The position numbers were made by a program, and so were the translations under genes. Shown here one piece after another: positions 38,671 to 51,510 of a stretch of DNA of 64,000 nucleotides (positions within the stretch are counted from its first letter, which is position 1; each line of letters starts with the position of its first letter). Source of the DNA: Octopus vulgaris. Lineage: Eukaryota. The stretch covers positions 66,960,001-67,024,000 of the forward strand of contig OX597832.1 of assembly GCA_951406725.2 (NCBI GenBank), read 5' to 3'. The notes beneath the pieces are model-generated. The model was not told the DNA's origin and made no database searches. It saw only the letters and a program-made list of their open reading frames with translations.

Positions 38671-39047
38671 ATAGGAGAAGGAAAGATCCAGAGAAGGGAA
38701 GTCAGAGGAAAAAATCGCCAACGGTACACACGCGGTCATATATATGTATATATATATGTATATATAATTAATTAATAAGGGTGAGAGAATTAGATACTAA
38801 TTTAATAGTATATCTATTCAACACCAAGTGGCCTAGTGCTACGAGAAACCTGGATTATTATAATATTTTATAACATATTATAATATTTTTACAAAATAAA
38901 TATAAGAGAGTGGTCACTATATGGCTCACTCTAGCACCAGTTAATCCAAAAGGTTTCAACCACGAAAATACATGTTTCCCATGAAAGTCAGTACGATTGT
39001 TAGTTCACACGGACAGGGCAAATAAAAAATAACAAAAATACAGATTA

Positions 39048-39130
39048 TTTTGGGACAATTGTTTCGCTATTAATGAATTAAATGTAATTTTACTTACAAA
39101 AAAAATCCATTTGTAGCTCGTCAGCCAAAA
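39048..39130 (-). ncRNA. Type-I hammerhead ribozyme
   Basis: ttttgg-CTGACGA-gcta...tagc-GAAA-caattg-TC-ccaaaa on the minus strand. Confidence 0.85.
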
Positions 39131-39581
39131 CTATCTGGATGAAATCCACTCAATCACACGCCAGATTTTACCATAACGATAAATACGCGTGTGGTTCAAT
39201 TGATTACATCCGACGTTATAATTCAAATGCCCCAACTAACAGCGCGCCAAACTTTCACGGAAAACAAATACAGCATTTAGAAATAAATGCAGCATAATTA
39301 TAATTAATTAATAAGGGTGAGAGAATTAGATACTAATTTAATAGTATATCTATTCAACACCAAGTGGCCTAGTGCTACGAGAGACCTGGATTATTATAAT
39401 ATTTTATAACATATTATAATATTTTTACAAAATAAATATGAGAGTGGTCACTATATGGCTCACTCTAGCACCAGTTAATCCAAAAGGTTTCAACCACGAA
39501 AATACATGTTTCCCATGAAAGTCAGTACGATTGTTAGTTCACACGGACAGGGCAAATAAAAAATAACAAAAATACAGATTA

Positions 39582-39664
39582 TTTTGGGACAATTGTTTCG
39601 CTATTAATGAATTAAATGTAATTTTACTTACAAAAAAAATCCATTTGTAGCTCGTCAGCCAAAA
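39582..39664 (-). ncRNA. Type-I hammerhead ribozyme
   Basis: Same motif in unit 2. Confidence 0.85.
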
Positions 39665-40175
39665 CTATCTGGATGAAATCCACTCAATCACACGCCAGAT
39701 TTTACCATAACGATAAATACGCGTGTGGTTCAATTGATTACATCCGACGTTATAATTCAAATGCCCCAACTAGCAGCGCGCCAAACTTTCACGGAAAACA
39801 AATACAGCATTTAGAAATAAATGCAGCATAATTATAATTAATTAATAAGGGTGAGAGAATTAGATACTAATTTAATAGTATATCTATTCAACACCAAGTG
39901 GCCTAGTGCTACGAGAAACCTGGATTATTATAATATTTTATAACATATTATAATATTTTTACAAAATAAATATAAGAGAGTGGTCACTATATGGCTCACT
40001 CTAGCACCAGTTAATCCAAAATGTTTCAACCACGAAAATACATAGATAGTTTTGGCTGACGAGCTACAAATGGATTTATCCAATTGAACCACACGGATGT
40101 AATCAATTGAACCACACGCGTATTTATCGTTATGGTAAAATCTGGCGTGTGATTGAGTGGATTTCATCCAGATAG

Positions 40176-40257
40176 TTTTGGCTGACGAGCTACAAATGGA
40201 TTTTTTTGTAAGTAAAATTACATTTAATTCATTAATAGCGAAACAATTGTCCCAAAA
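40176..40257 (+). ncRNA. Type-I hammerhead ribozyme
   Basis: Stem I ttttgg/ccaaaa; CTGACGA at 40182-40188; extended stem II (gcta/tagc, aatggatt/aattcatt, tgtaa/ttaca); GAAA at 40240-40243; palindromic ACAATTGT; predicted cleavage after C40251. Confidence 0.85.
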
Positions 40258-40710
40258 TAATCTGTATTTTTGTTATTTTTTATTTGCCCTGTCCGTGTGA
40301 ACTAACAATCGTACTGACTTTCATGGGAAACATGTATTTTCGTGGTTGAAACCTTTTGGATTAACTGGTGCTAGAGTGAGCCATATAGTGACCACTCTCT
40401 TATATTTATTTTGTAAAAATATTATAATATGTTATAAAATATTATAATAATCCAGGTTTCTCGTAGCACTAGGCCACTTGGTGTTGAATAGGTATACTAT
40501 TAAATTAGTATCTAATTCTCTCACCCTTATTAATTAATTATAATTATGCTGCATTTATTTCTAAATGCTGTATTTGTTTTCCGTGAAAGTTTGGCGCGCT
40601 GTTAGTTGGGGCATTTGAATTATAACGTCGGATGTAATCAATTGAACCACACGCGTATTTATCGTTATGGTAAAATCTGGCGTGTGATTGAGTGGATTTC
40701 ATCCAGATAG

Positions 40711-40792
40711 TTTTGGCTGACGAGCTACAAATGGATTTTTTTGTAAGTAAAATTACATTTAATTCATTAATAGCGAAACAATTGTCCCAAAA
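40711..40792 (+). ncRNA. Type-I hammerhead ribozyme
   Basis: Same motif 535 bp downstream of 40176. Confidence 0.85.
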
Positions 40793-40941
40793 TAATCTGT
40801 ATTTTTGTTATTTTTTATTTGCCCTGTCCGTGTGAACTAACAATCGTACTGACTTTCATGGGAAACATGTATTTTCGTGGTTGAAACCTTTTGGATTAAC
40901 TGGTGCTAGAGTGAGCCATATAGTGACCACTCTCTTATATT

Positions 40942-40996
<55 letters not shown>

Positions 40997-43900
40997 CATG
41001 CATGTATATTCATACATATACATACATACACACACATAGATATTCATACATACGCATATATATATATTCATACGTATATGTATATGCACACATGCAGACA
41101 TTCATGCACACACACACGCACGCACATACATAAACACTTATAGAGATTTTATGTTTGGGACAATTTCGTTAATGATAATGAAGATAAACTGCCGTATTTA
41201 ATAAAAGAAAGAAGATTATGTGTAAATATATATTGAATGGAAGTTAATATTTGACGTTCGATCAGTCGTTATCAATTCTCCTTAGCATATTTTGTTTAAT
41301 AGGCAAACATTCTCGTAGTAAAAATTCAAAGACCAATCAATAATCCTGTACACAATCTTTCACATATATTTGAACAAACATTGGACGACACATATTCCTA
41401 TCCGAGTTTCATATCCCATAAAATTCATACGTCTACCATTACAGCAGGTATTGTATTAAAACCTTCTCATCCTTGAACACCGTAAGTATTTTGTGTGTGT
41501 GTATGTGTGTGTGTTTGTGTGTGTGTATGCGTGTGTGTGTGTGTGTATTTGAGTGATTTATATAAGGCAATACAGAGACGAAATTCTTATTATTAGTTGA
41601 CAAAAATAACAAAATTCTTGAACAAATGACAAAGCTGTTTATTCCGAATACACTCATCTACTTAGATCAACATAAACAGACAAACAAAGAAACAAAATGA
41701 TCTCTCATCTTCGGGAAGACCTGGCCATGTATGTGCTTGGGTTTGTGGGAAAATATCTGCTGCCATAATTCTGATCGTTATATGTTTAAATTGAACACAA
41801 ATTATTAATACATTCATTTCTTGCATATGTGTACGCGTGTGTGGCTGTGTGAGTCTTTGTACATCAGTTCATGATATAAATGTGCGAGAGCACCTGTGAG
41901 TGCTTGCATATATATGATATGCCCTTTTGGGTAAAATACGATAACGTTTATATGTCTGTAACTGCATGATTGTATCTAATAAATATATTAGACGACGTCG
42001 TCTGTATTTACTTCAGCATTCCCATTGTTTCAATGATATTCACCTTTAATTGCATTATATATTCATAACTGGATACAAATTATATTCAAAATATCACCTA
42101 TATTGACGTGGATTATGTACATTATGCGCTTTCCTACGAATACATATAACACTAGGTTTCAATATACGGAGTGTACGTATTATAAAGATTCTGTAGAATT
42201 GTAATATTGCTTGTTTGCATTTTCTCTTTTTTGTTTCTATTCGTTGAGTAACTGAAATTGTTCACGCACTGTGCTCCTAGTTTCAGTTTATATTAGGGGC
42301 TATTTGAAATCACTGTTTAATTACACTTGAGTTATACTTGATTTTGTTTGATTTATACTGCCATGATCACAATACTTACAGAATTATCTCATGTTATTTT
42401 AGATTCATGTGACTTGGAACAGACTCAGAAGTGTGACAACTACCTTAAACACCGGCGATGGTCGATTTAGTCATCCAGCTCTTAGAGTATACTCCGCAAA
42501 AACAATGCAAGGCAAAAACCTCATGTAAACACTGCGAGGCTCTTCTTACCTTAATTCAACGATTTATTCTGCTAGTCTCCCAATCCTTGTAGTTTGCTAA
42601 TGGACTCCAGAAGGAAGAATAACAAATTTTACCCTCAGAAGCATTGTTGCTGCAATGATTGTGCTATTATGCAGGGTGCTAAATTGTGTTATTGGATGGA
42701 AAAGTATAGTTTGTAGAAAAACGTCTGTTGGCCTATGTGTAACGTTGTGAGTCGTGATATTCTTTATGGATTAGATATGGAAGAGAGATAGAGAGAGTAA
42801 AAAACAGGATGGCGGAGCAGGAGAGAGAAATGGGAGAGAAAGGTTTTACCAGAGAATTGTACACAGTAACTTTCCAGGAAGTATAGGGTTTACATCATCA
42901 TTTTCTTTTCAAAGAGGAGTTAATGAAATTTTGGGTGATACATGGAACAGTGGCAATGTTAAAAGACTTGTGATGTTCATGGAAGTATTAGCTTGGCGTA
43001 ATCTCAGTATACCGCAACGAAGAATTTTGATTCGTAAGCTCCCTATCTGCCGATAATACGGCGAGTTGGGTTTGTTCGATATTTGGCAATTTATCAGCGC
43101 GATGGAGTCTAATAATTAATAATGATATCAGATTATTGGGATGTTACCCATATAGGTTAGAAAACAAACGATGCCCAGAGAGGGAGGAAATCGATATGGT
43201 ACTGTAACTGATAGCTCTGTACTGATAGGTTCTTTTACCTAGACACCAGTATTTAGGGGTACTAACTTTATCAACTTCTCCCTGAAAACCAAGCCAACTT
43301 TTACCTCCGTGTTTTGATCTTAGTGCTTGAATTGAAGCTCAATATTAAAATACATGTGACTAGTTTAAAGTTAAATAGGTGTCAACCATTTCTCGCAAGA
43401 AATCTATATTGTTGTCTTAAAAAGAAACTACAGCTCGTTGAAGAACCTGCTGAAGTAACGCTACAACTAACCGGAATTTTCTTCATTCAAACTTCCTTTG
43501 TAGACATCATCACGCCAGAAGGAACTTAGGTTGCAAGTTTTCAAAGATTTTGAAATGAAAAGAATAAAAATTGTAAGCAGGAAAAAACTGGTTCCCAAAT
43601 TTATCCTGCTTGCTTTATAAAATATCTTTGTATAGTGAACTAAAAAAAATAGTGGAAATAAGAAAATATAGTGCACTACGAAACGTATTCAGAAATTTAT
43701 TCTGAGAAACTTTTCAAGTAGCTCTGTGTAGAATGTCAATAGGCATTTAGCAAAAGTAACTGCGTCACTTATATGCGAATATATATCGGGTTGAATCGAA
43801 GCAATTTCTATACATAAAGAGCTAGGTACCCGGAAATATTTCAAAGAAGAAATTTTTATAGAAAATTCATAATTAGAACGAAAATATTTCCGTTTCATTA

Positions 43901-44081
43901 TTAGGCAAGTCAGGAAAACGATTTGGAATAAAATTATTCAAATCGCGTATCGTGTCATTTTTGTTGGAATATTTCTATTGGATTGTAATTATAATCAAAC
44001 AACTGTATTCTGAACATACATACATGCATACATACATACATACATACATACATACATACATACATACATACATACATACAT

Positions 44082-44114
<33 letters not shown>

Positions 44115-44543
44115 TATATGTATATATATGTATGTATAAACTTACAAACAAAAATTCAATACAACATATGCACAATGCTGTACATATGTGTACGTATCCA
44201 TATCTATATGCAGATAGTAATATGAATATGTTTATATATATATATATATGATTAGAGAAGGAGAAAGGAACACATATCTATATGTATTTATGTGCGTATG
44301 TGTATTTGGGTATGGCTGTGTGTGTGTGAAAGTAAGTGTGTCTGTGTGTATAACTATGTTGTTACAGATTTTGTGTACCTATTTCGACTTTAATTACATG
44401 TGTTGCATAGGAGAACATTATTGCTGTTTTATTGTGTATATATATATATATATATATATAAATATATATATATAATAGTTATGCACACACATACACATAC
44501 ACACACGCGCAGACACATATCTATATATACTTTTATTCTTCTC

Positions 44544-44677
<134 letters not shown>

Positions 44678-45127
44678 GCAAAACACATAGATATAGAATA
44701 AACTTCGCGATAGGAATACGAAAGACTGGTATATCGTGTTAGTTTTACTTTTCCCGATTTTATTTCTAGCCAAACGTATCTAATTACTAAATATTCAATT
44801 GAATATAAATTGGATTCATTATTTTGCTTTATTATTTGGCAAAGAAATCGAAGCAAAGTCGATCATGAATATTTAATTGCATTTTGTTTGTTCTGTTTAC
44901 ATCAACAAATTTTGAGTTGATGCATTCGAGTATGTATTGAAGGGCGATATGTATTTAGACATACACACACTTCACATACATACACACACACGCCCACGTC
45001 CAAGCACACACACACAGAGACACACACACACTCACATATATATATATATACACACACATGCATGTATGCGTGTATGTATGAATAGACATACATATATATA
45101 TATATATATATATACATATATATATAA

Positions 45128-45169
<42 letters not shown>

Positions 45170-48100
45170 CTATGTATGTATAGACATACGTGTATATGTG
45201 TGTATAAACGATTACGTGTATAGAATGTAATTCGTACATATAAATATATATATATATATTTGTGCGTGCGAGTGAGTGCGTGTCTAACTGTGAATGAACC
45301 AGAAGAGGATGTACCTACATATACATAGCGGTATATAATGATATACTCTTTTCATGTATCGCTCTTATTTTATGAATCATTCATAGGTAAAAATAATTCC
45401 AGAAAGCCTACTGCTCTCTCAAAAATACTCTTACGCAATTAGCATTGCTCAAATACAGTAATATATAATCACATATGTATGTGTGTATTTTTGTATAGCT
45501 TAAACATACACACATGCACACATGAACATGGGAATATGCTCTAGTAGTTCAGTCATCAACACGTGCTTTCTACATGCCTCTAAGGTAGATCTTTATGCCA
45601 AACGAAGCTTTTCGTTTATTTCGTAATTATGTAGGTAATTATGCAGCGCTTCTGGAAATTTTCTTGAGAGAAAAATACATTGCTGGTGTGTATAGGCTTT
45701 CACCAGAAACGTAAAAAACATAATCATTTCAAAGCGTTGCAACTAGGACAGTATGCACAACAAAATGTTACAAAACTCGAACTTGTTCATTCCGGGTTGA
45801 ATGGAGGTCTGTAGTAAACAGTTTCTTTAGAAATTGTTGGTAAACATCTACCTTATTTGTTCCTGTAATATTCGTGAAGCAAAAGCTTGTCCTGTAAGTG
45901 GCGAAAAATTCCAAAGCTTGTGTAAGGTTTCTGATTAAACTTTTAAAACAGATAGAAATGCAGGGAAAGTAATTTTTTGCTTGAATTAGGTACTTAGCGT
46001 AGGTTGAGATTTAAAGTTACAGATACGTGTAGCGTAGATAAATGCTCGCTTCATCATCGCTAGAGTACATAATTATAGAATGGAACTGCAAAGACTGAGA
46101 GTTCACAATATGATTACCAAGAATCTGTCTACTGCTTACAATTAACGAAGATGCACTTACCCCTGTCTTTCTTCTATTTTGATGTGCATAAATCGCAGGC
46201 CTAACGAAAGAAGACAAGAATCTAATACAAACATTGCCTAAATTCACATAATGTTAATAGGTACAAGATAGAATGGCTGACTCCAAACTTTCTGCAAACC
46301 CTGTATCTAACTGCCATGCATTCGATTCCAGCAGATAGATGTTTACAATGCAGTCAATCTTAGTGATGTCACCAATGTCTTCATAGAAATGCAGACATTT
46401 CTTGTAAAAATAATATTCAAAACATGTTTTCCCTTCTTAACATTCCGAATTGTTTTTAATGTTTTGGATTCCGAAATACAAGGCTGATGGCATAACAGAT
46501 TAGAACAAAGACTGTTGTACATCTTATCAATGCTGAGAAAGCTCTAGTCACAGTATCACCATCAGTCACAGAAGCCCTTGAGAAACGGAAAAAAACAGAA
46601 GATGAATAAAGGTAGTGGTTAATGGAGATGGAAAAAATAGCTTAACATTGATACCAGTTTGTGAAGGGTGGTTTATGCTGCACGTTGCCTGCGGCCCAAA
46701 ATCAAGTAAAGGAGGTCATTGAAACGTAAGCTCATTAAAATTCAACAGACAAACGACTAGTAGGAATCGATTGCTGACATTTCTTCAGTCGAGTTGAGAG
46801 GATAAATACGCTAATTATTTAGAGAGAAAACATTCGCCATTGTCCTCCATTTGAGTCAACAGAAGGGATCCTCTCTTCCGTGCAGTACAAATTTCTACTC
46901 TTCCGTGCAGTACAAATATAAGAGTTCGTGCACAGTAATGTTTTATAATTTCGAATCTGTAAAAATAGAACATAGCGTATATCGTTTTTTTTCTGTAATG
47001 AAAATTTTGAAACACAAGTTTCCTTTCCCCGATTTCTACAATTTCCTTCAAATTGCTACATCATCTACGCCGACAATGTGTCCCTAACCATGAAATTCAT
47101 GGTGTCGGAACTAGACGCGACACGACGCAGCGCCATGAGGATTCAAGTTCCTTAAGTTTGCAACAACTGATGAGTGTGTATAAGTTAGCGGGTATAAAAT
47201 AACTTAAATGATGTGCCTTGCACACAGTGATGCAGGACATTTACTCACGGGTACTTGTGATGTTGAGTACACGATGAAACTAGTGATTTGACTTGATGGA
47301 AATATCACCTGGAAAATACTCTACACATTGTCACATGGAGAAATTATTGTAATTTAGTAATATGAAATCCCATTCGTCTGTATTTCTGGTCGCAGTCGAC
47401 TTCTTGAAAAGAGTTACACTGGTAGAGAGAAAACTCGATTCAGCACTAGAATGATAGTATGTTTATCAACGCCTCGATGATGAATTTCAACTTCGATTTC
47501 GGTGGGATATATGCTGAAGATGCAGAGAACTATAAGGGAAACGGCAAAGCATTCTAAACCGAGATTAATTGTATCTGTCTACTAACAGTATACGCCTTTG
47601 TTGATACATGAAAGCATGAAATGATGAGAGTCGGGAATGTCTTTCATAAAATTTATTTCGATCATTTTAGATAATAGATAATTATCATCCAATAAAGAGC
47701 GATAAGGACAATCTAGTCATCCTTAAGGATGACTGATAACGTTTAAAGCAAACACGTGTTGCGCCTCATCAAGCTCACATTTTCATCCGTAACCTTCTTC
47801 AAACCAGTACCAAGGCCAGGTCAAGACGACCTCACATGGAGACGAATGGAGCATCCTGCTCCTTGCACTCCATAATGTATTGGTGCAGCCTTATTCGCCG
47901 CTTTTCCTCCATTAATGTCTCTTCCGGAGAGTCCACCAAATCTGGCCTTCACATGCAGATGTAGGCAAGCGCTAATATGTTAATCAACCCATAACTTGGA
48001 TCCTGGTCAGTAGATCTGGAAACGATTTTGATAAGAGATCATTCTGTATTCCTCAAAACACTTCAACTCTCAAACCTGTTGCTCGTAAGGTAGCAAATAA

Positions 48101-48410
48101 TAGCAGATATCTGATATAGGAGGAATGACACTAAGCTAAATGTCGTGTCTATTAATATTGCATTTATTCATATGTCGTATTAAACGTATTGAAGTGACAA
48201 CTTTGCGCTTATATATTTACATATGTGTATATGATTGCACTTTTGGGGAGATTGTACTTTTAGCGCATTCGTATATGAGCATCGTTGTAAGCATTTAAGT
48301 GGTTGGGCGCTACGGTTACCTCAATATCTTACCATTTTGTGAATCTAATTATCTTTGCTGCCAATGAGAATTACAGACACAGTTACACAGATATATACAA
48401 ACATACACGC

Positions 48411-48489
<79 letters not shown>

Positions 48490-50012
48490 TGTTAGGGCCA
48501 ATTTATGGCAATTAGATGCAAACGAACGATTCTTGCGTGAGGTAGATATAATGCAATGAGTGGATGTGAATACCGATGTGTATGCATATATATATATATA
48601 TATGAAAACACACAAAGTGTATGTTCATATGCATTAATACATTACACTGACAAAGCAGTTAGTCATTATTTACATTTAAGGAAGTTGTTTAACTCTCGAC
48701 AACCGGAACTTAGTACGCGCGATTTCGTGTTGAATCCATATTCATAAGCTAACAGGAGAGTCAATGCATTTCCCTTTGTGCAAAAGAGGTCTATATTTCA
48801 ATATGGCATGTGTGAGTAAGCGCTCATTTAGATACATTTCAAATATTTGTATCAGGTTAATAAACTGGCTGCAAATCTTGTATGCAACAAGCATAACTAT
48901 GTATTTCAATGACCGGTTTCGTGTAGAATTCGACATAATCAGCCCGGACACTGAATTCCCATGTCGTATAAAGCTTCGATAGAAAACTAATTGAGCCTAA
49001 CGTAACAAAACTGAATTTGTTTTGGGAATATCATCCGTAGTGTTAACATAAATCGCGCACTGTAATTACTACAAGTCCTAGATACCAATGTTTTGATCGT
49101 TAACGTGCAAAACTGTTAAAATTTAAATAGATAACTGACGGCCTACGCTCTAATGTCTCCTGTTCCAGTTCATTCGTTTTATGCTCTATCCATACCGTTT
49201 CGTCGTTGACTATTCCGAGGAAAGTCTCGAGTTGTAGAATTCTCAGGCATCTCTTCATTAAGGCTCTCTCAGAAGCACTCGTCATTCTTTTTTCCTGCTG
49301 CAATTCGAAGTAACAAAATGAGATTATAGATATCATTCACTAAGTCGATATTCGATCCTGTCACTTGGCTCTTGTAGAACCCGTCATGCACAACATTTGA
49401 GCGACATTCTAACCACTGGTACTGTTCCAGACGTTATGAAACTTTCACGTGTGTGCGTGAGTTTGCGCGCGCGTGTGTGTGTGTGTGTTTGTGTGTGTTT
49501 GTGTGTGTGTGTGTGTCTGTGTGTCTATGTGCATGGAGAGAGTGGGAGAAGTGATGTTTATTTCCGTTTCAATATATCTTTTCCGTAAGAACCGACGATA
49601 CTGCCATTTCAAACCCAGGTGGAAGCATCCTCCAGCCGGTTTTCGAGGAAATCTGCACCCGACGTATAATGCAAGCAGGGTACTGAACACCCACCATTTT
49701 CAAGGTGCGAAAGCACCAGACATAACGGTTTCTAGCTCTTTGTGCTCATCCCGGTGGTGGGTACTCGTTCGCTAGAAGTAGCAGAAGTTCACTCCAGTTC
49801 GCAATACTAAGAAAATAAGTGACAACCAGTAACTGATCTTTCCAAACGCAAATTAGGTATTTTCAGTTTAATAGGCATTTGCGGACAATGTAGGCAGGTA
49901 GGATGGTAGAATAAATTTCTGTAAGAGATGAAAGACATAACAAAGAATATAAATATACTCATATTTTGAGTTCTATTGTCCTTTTGGCATCATATATATA
50001 TACACACACACA

Positions 50013-50445
50013 CGACACTCGATGAAAAGTTCATAAACTGACCAGGATACTCTCATTGCATGTGACCAAATGAGGTTTATTATTTAAAATAGTCCCCCAC
50101 GCGGTACACTCACATCTTTCATCTACTTTGCAGTGCTTCGGTCTTATGAGGGAGGACGTTTTCATCCTATTGGTCAAAAAGTGACATCAACAGTACATAT
50201 AACCTCACCCTCACTGGATACTGTTTCCTGGTGAAATTGTTTTCCATGTTAGGGATCACATGATACTAAGATGAGACCACATCAGAAATATAGGGAGGTC
50301 GATCAGCCTGTTCATATCCACAGACACGCACAGCAGCCCCTGAAACGAAGAGGTTGTGTGTTCGAGTATTGTCTTGATGAAGGAGGATCCTTTCATCGTT
50401 TCATCAAATTTCAAGGGCGTTTACTCCTGCTATCAGAATTGAAAT
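50013..50445 (-). mobile_element. Decayed mariner-like element, 3' end
   Basis: TIR-like gatgaaaagttcata. The minus strand ends ...GDYFK** (ggggactattttaaataataa), a typical mariner C-terminus. Confidence 0.55.
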
Positions 50446-50650
50446 ACGCACGCACACGCACACACACACGAACACACACACGAACATACACACACACACT
50501 CACACACATATACATGCATACACACACACACATATATATATATATAAGAATGAATAAAATATTTTTTTACAAAGAGAGAAGACATTTTAAAGGACTCCCT
50601 ATATGATATAAAGGGTATATATATATACATATATATATATACAAAAAAAC

Positions 50651-50801
50651 ATGCACAAACAAATTTCTTTTGAATGATTATAAATCATGATTCACATATA
50701 GACCTATTATTTTATTAATACTATTACTATTATTATTAGGTAATGAACCGCTAATGCATTGGATATTACGATTCCTTAATGCGACTAATTTAACCTCTAA
50801 A

Positions 50802-50851
<50 letters not shown>

Positions 50852-50962
50852 TTAGTGGTTCATTACCTAATATTTGTCGTGGATAATAATAATATTCATA
50901 AAATAATAGGTGTTTATGTAAATCATGATTTATAATCATTCAAAAGAAATTTGTTTGTGCAT
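50651..50962. repeat. Inverted repeat with ~110-bp arms around a (TA)n-containing spacer
   Basis: atgcacaaacaaatttcttttgaatgattataaatcatgatt...taggtaatgaaccgctaatgcat versus its reverse complement at 50847-50962. Confidence 0.9.
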
Positions 50963-50979
50963 ATGTGTTTATGTATGTA

Positions 50980-51035
<56 letters not shown>

Positions 51036-51290
51036 ACAAATTACCAAAGTATATCTTTTTTATTTATCCCCTCATTCATATGATAATATTATTCTCTATA
51101 ACCCACTAGCTGATCATTATTATTTACCGGTTATTACCTTGAGTGTAATCACATATCCATTACACACTAAAATAAGCTGTGACCCCTGACCTGTGTTTAT
51201 ATCAATATCAGCCATAAAATAATATTCAGTCTACTTAGACGGTTCGAAAACATAACACCTAATAACCTACCGCTATATCTTTTTTTGTAC

Positions 51291-51363
51291 TTCTCTGATT
51301 AGATTTCGCTAGTTTAATAATTGTTATTTTTAATTTTAGCGTTAATTGAAACAGCTGTAAGAG
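51291..51363 (+). ncRNA. Degenerate hammerhead-like motif
   Basis: ttct-CTGATTA-gatttcgcta...tagcgttaatt-GAAA-cagctg-TA-agag. G8>T change. Same GAAAcagctgTAaga end as 800-853. Confidence 0.45.
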
Positions 51364-51467
51364 AATATGTTGCTTTTTATTTGCAGATAATATATTTTAA
51401 TCAAATGTTAAATCTCCATTTTCTTAATTATATATTTAATATATATATTCAATCGCGCGCTCGCACA

Positions 51468-51510
<43 letters not shown>

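Larger units (their letters stand above)
38763..40947. mobile_element. Tandem-then-inverted array of a ~535-bp hammerhead-containing non-coding unit (retrozyme/Penelope pLTR-like)
   Basis: The marker ataagggtgagag recurs at 38775, 39311 and 39845. About 2.4 direct units run to 40043, then about 1.6 reverse-complement units occupy 40095-40947. Flanked by TA-rich runs. Confidence 0.9.

Noticed and set aside
38763-40947. CRISPR array or simple satellite interpretation
   Set aside because: No short repeat/unique spacer structure. Units are ~535 bp, few in number, and switch orientation.
42403-42528. Possible exon after gttatttttag (IHVTWNRLRSV...)
   Set aside because: No recognisable protein motif and no clear donor; unsupported.
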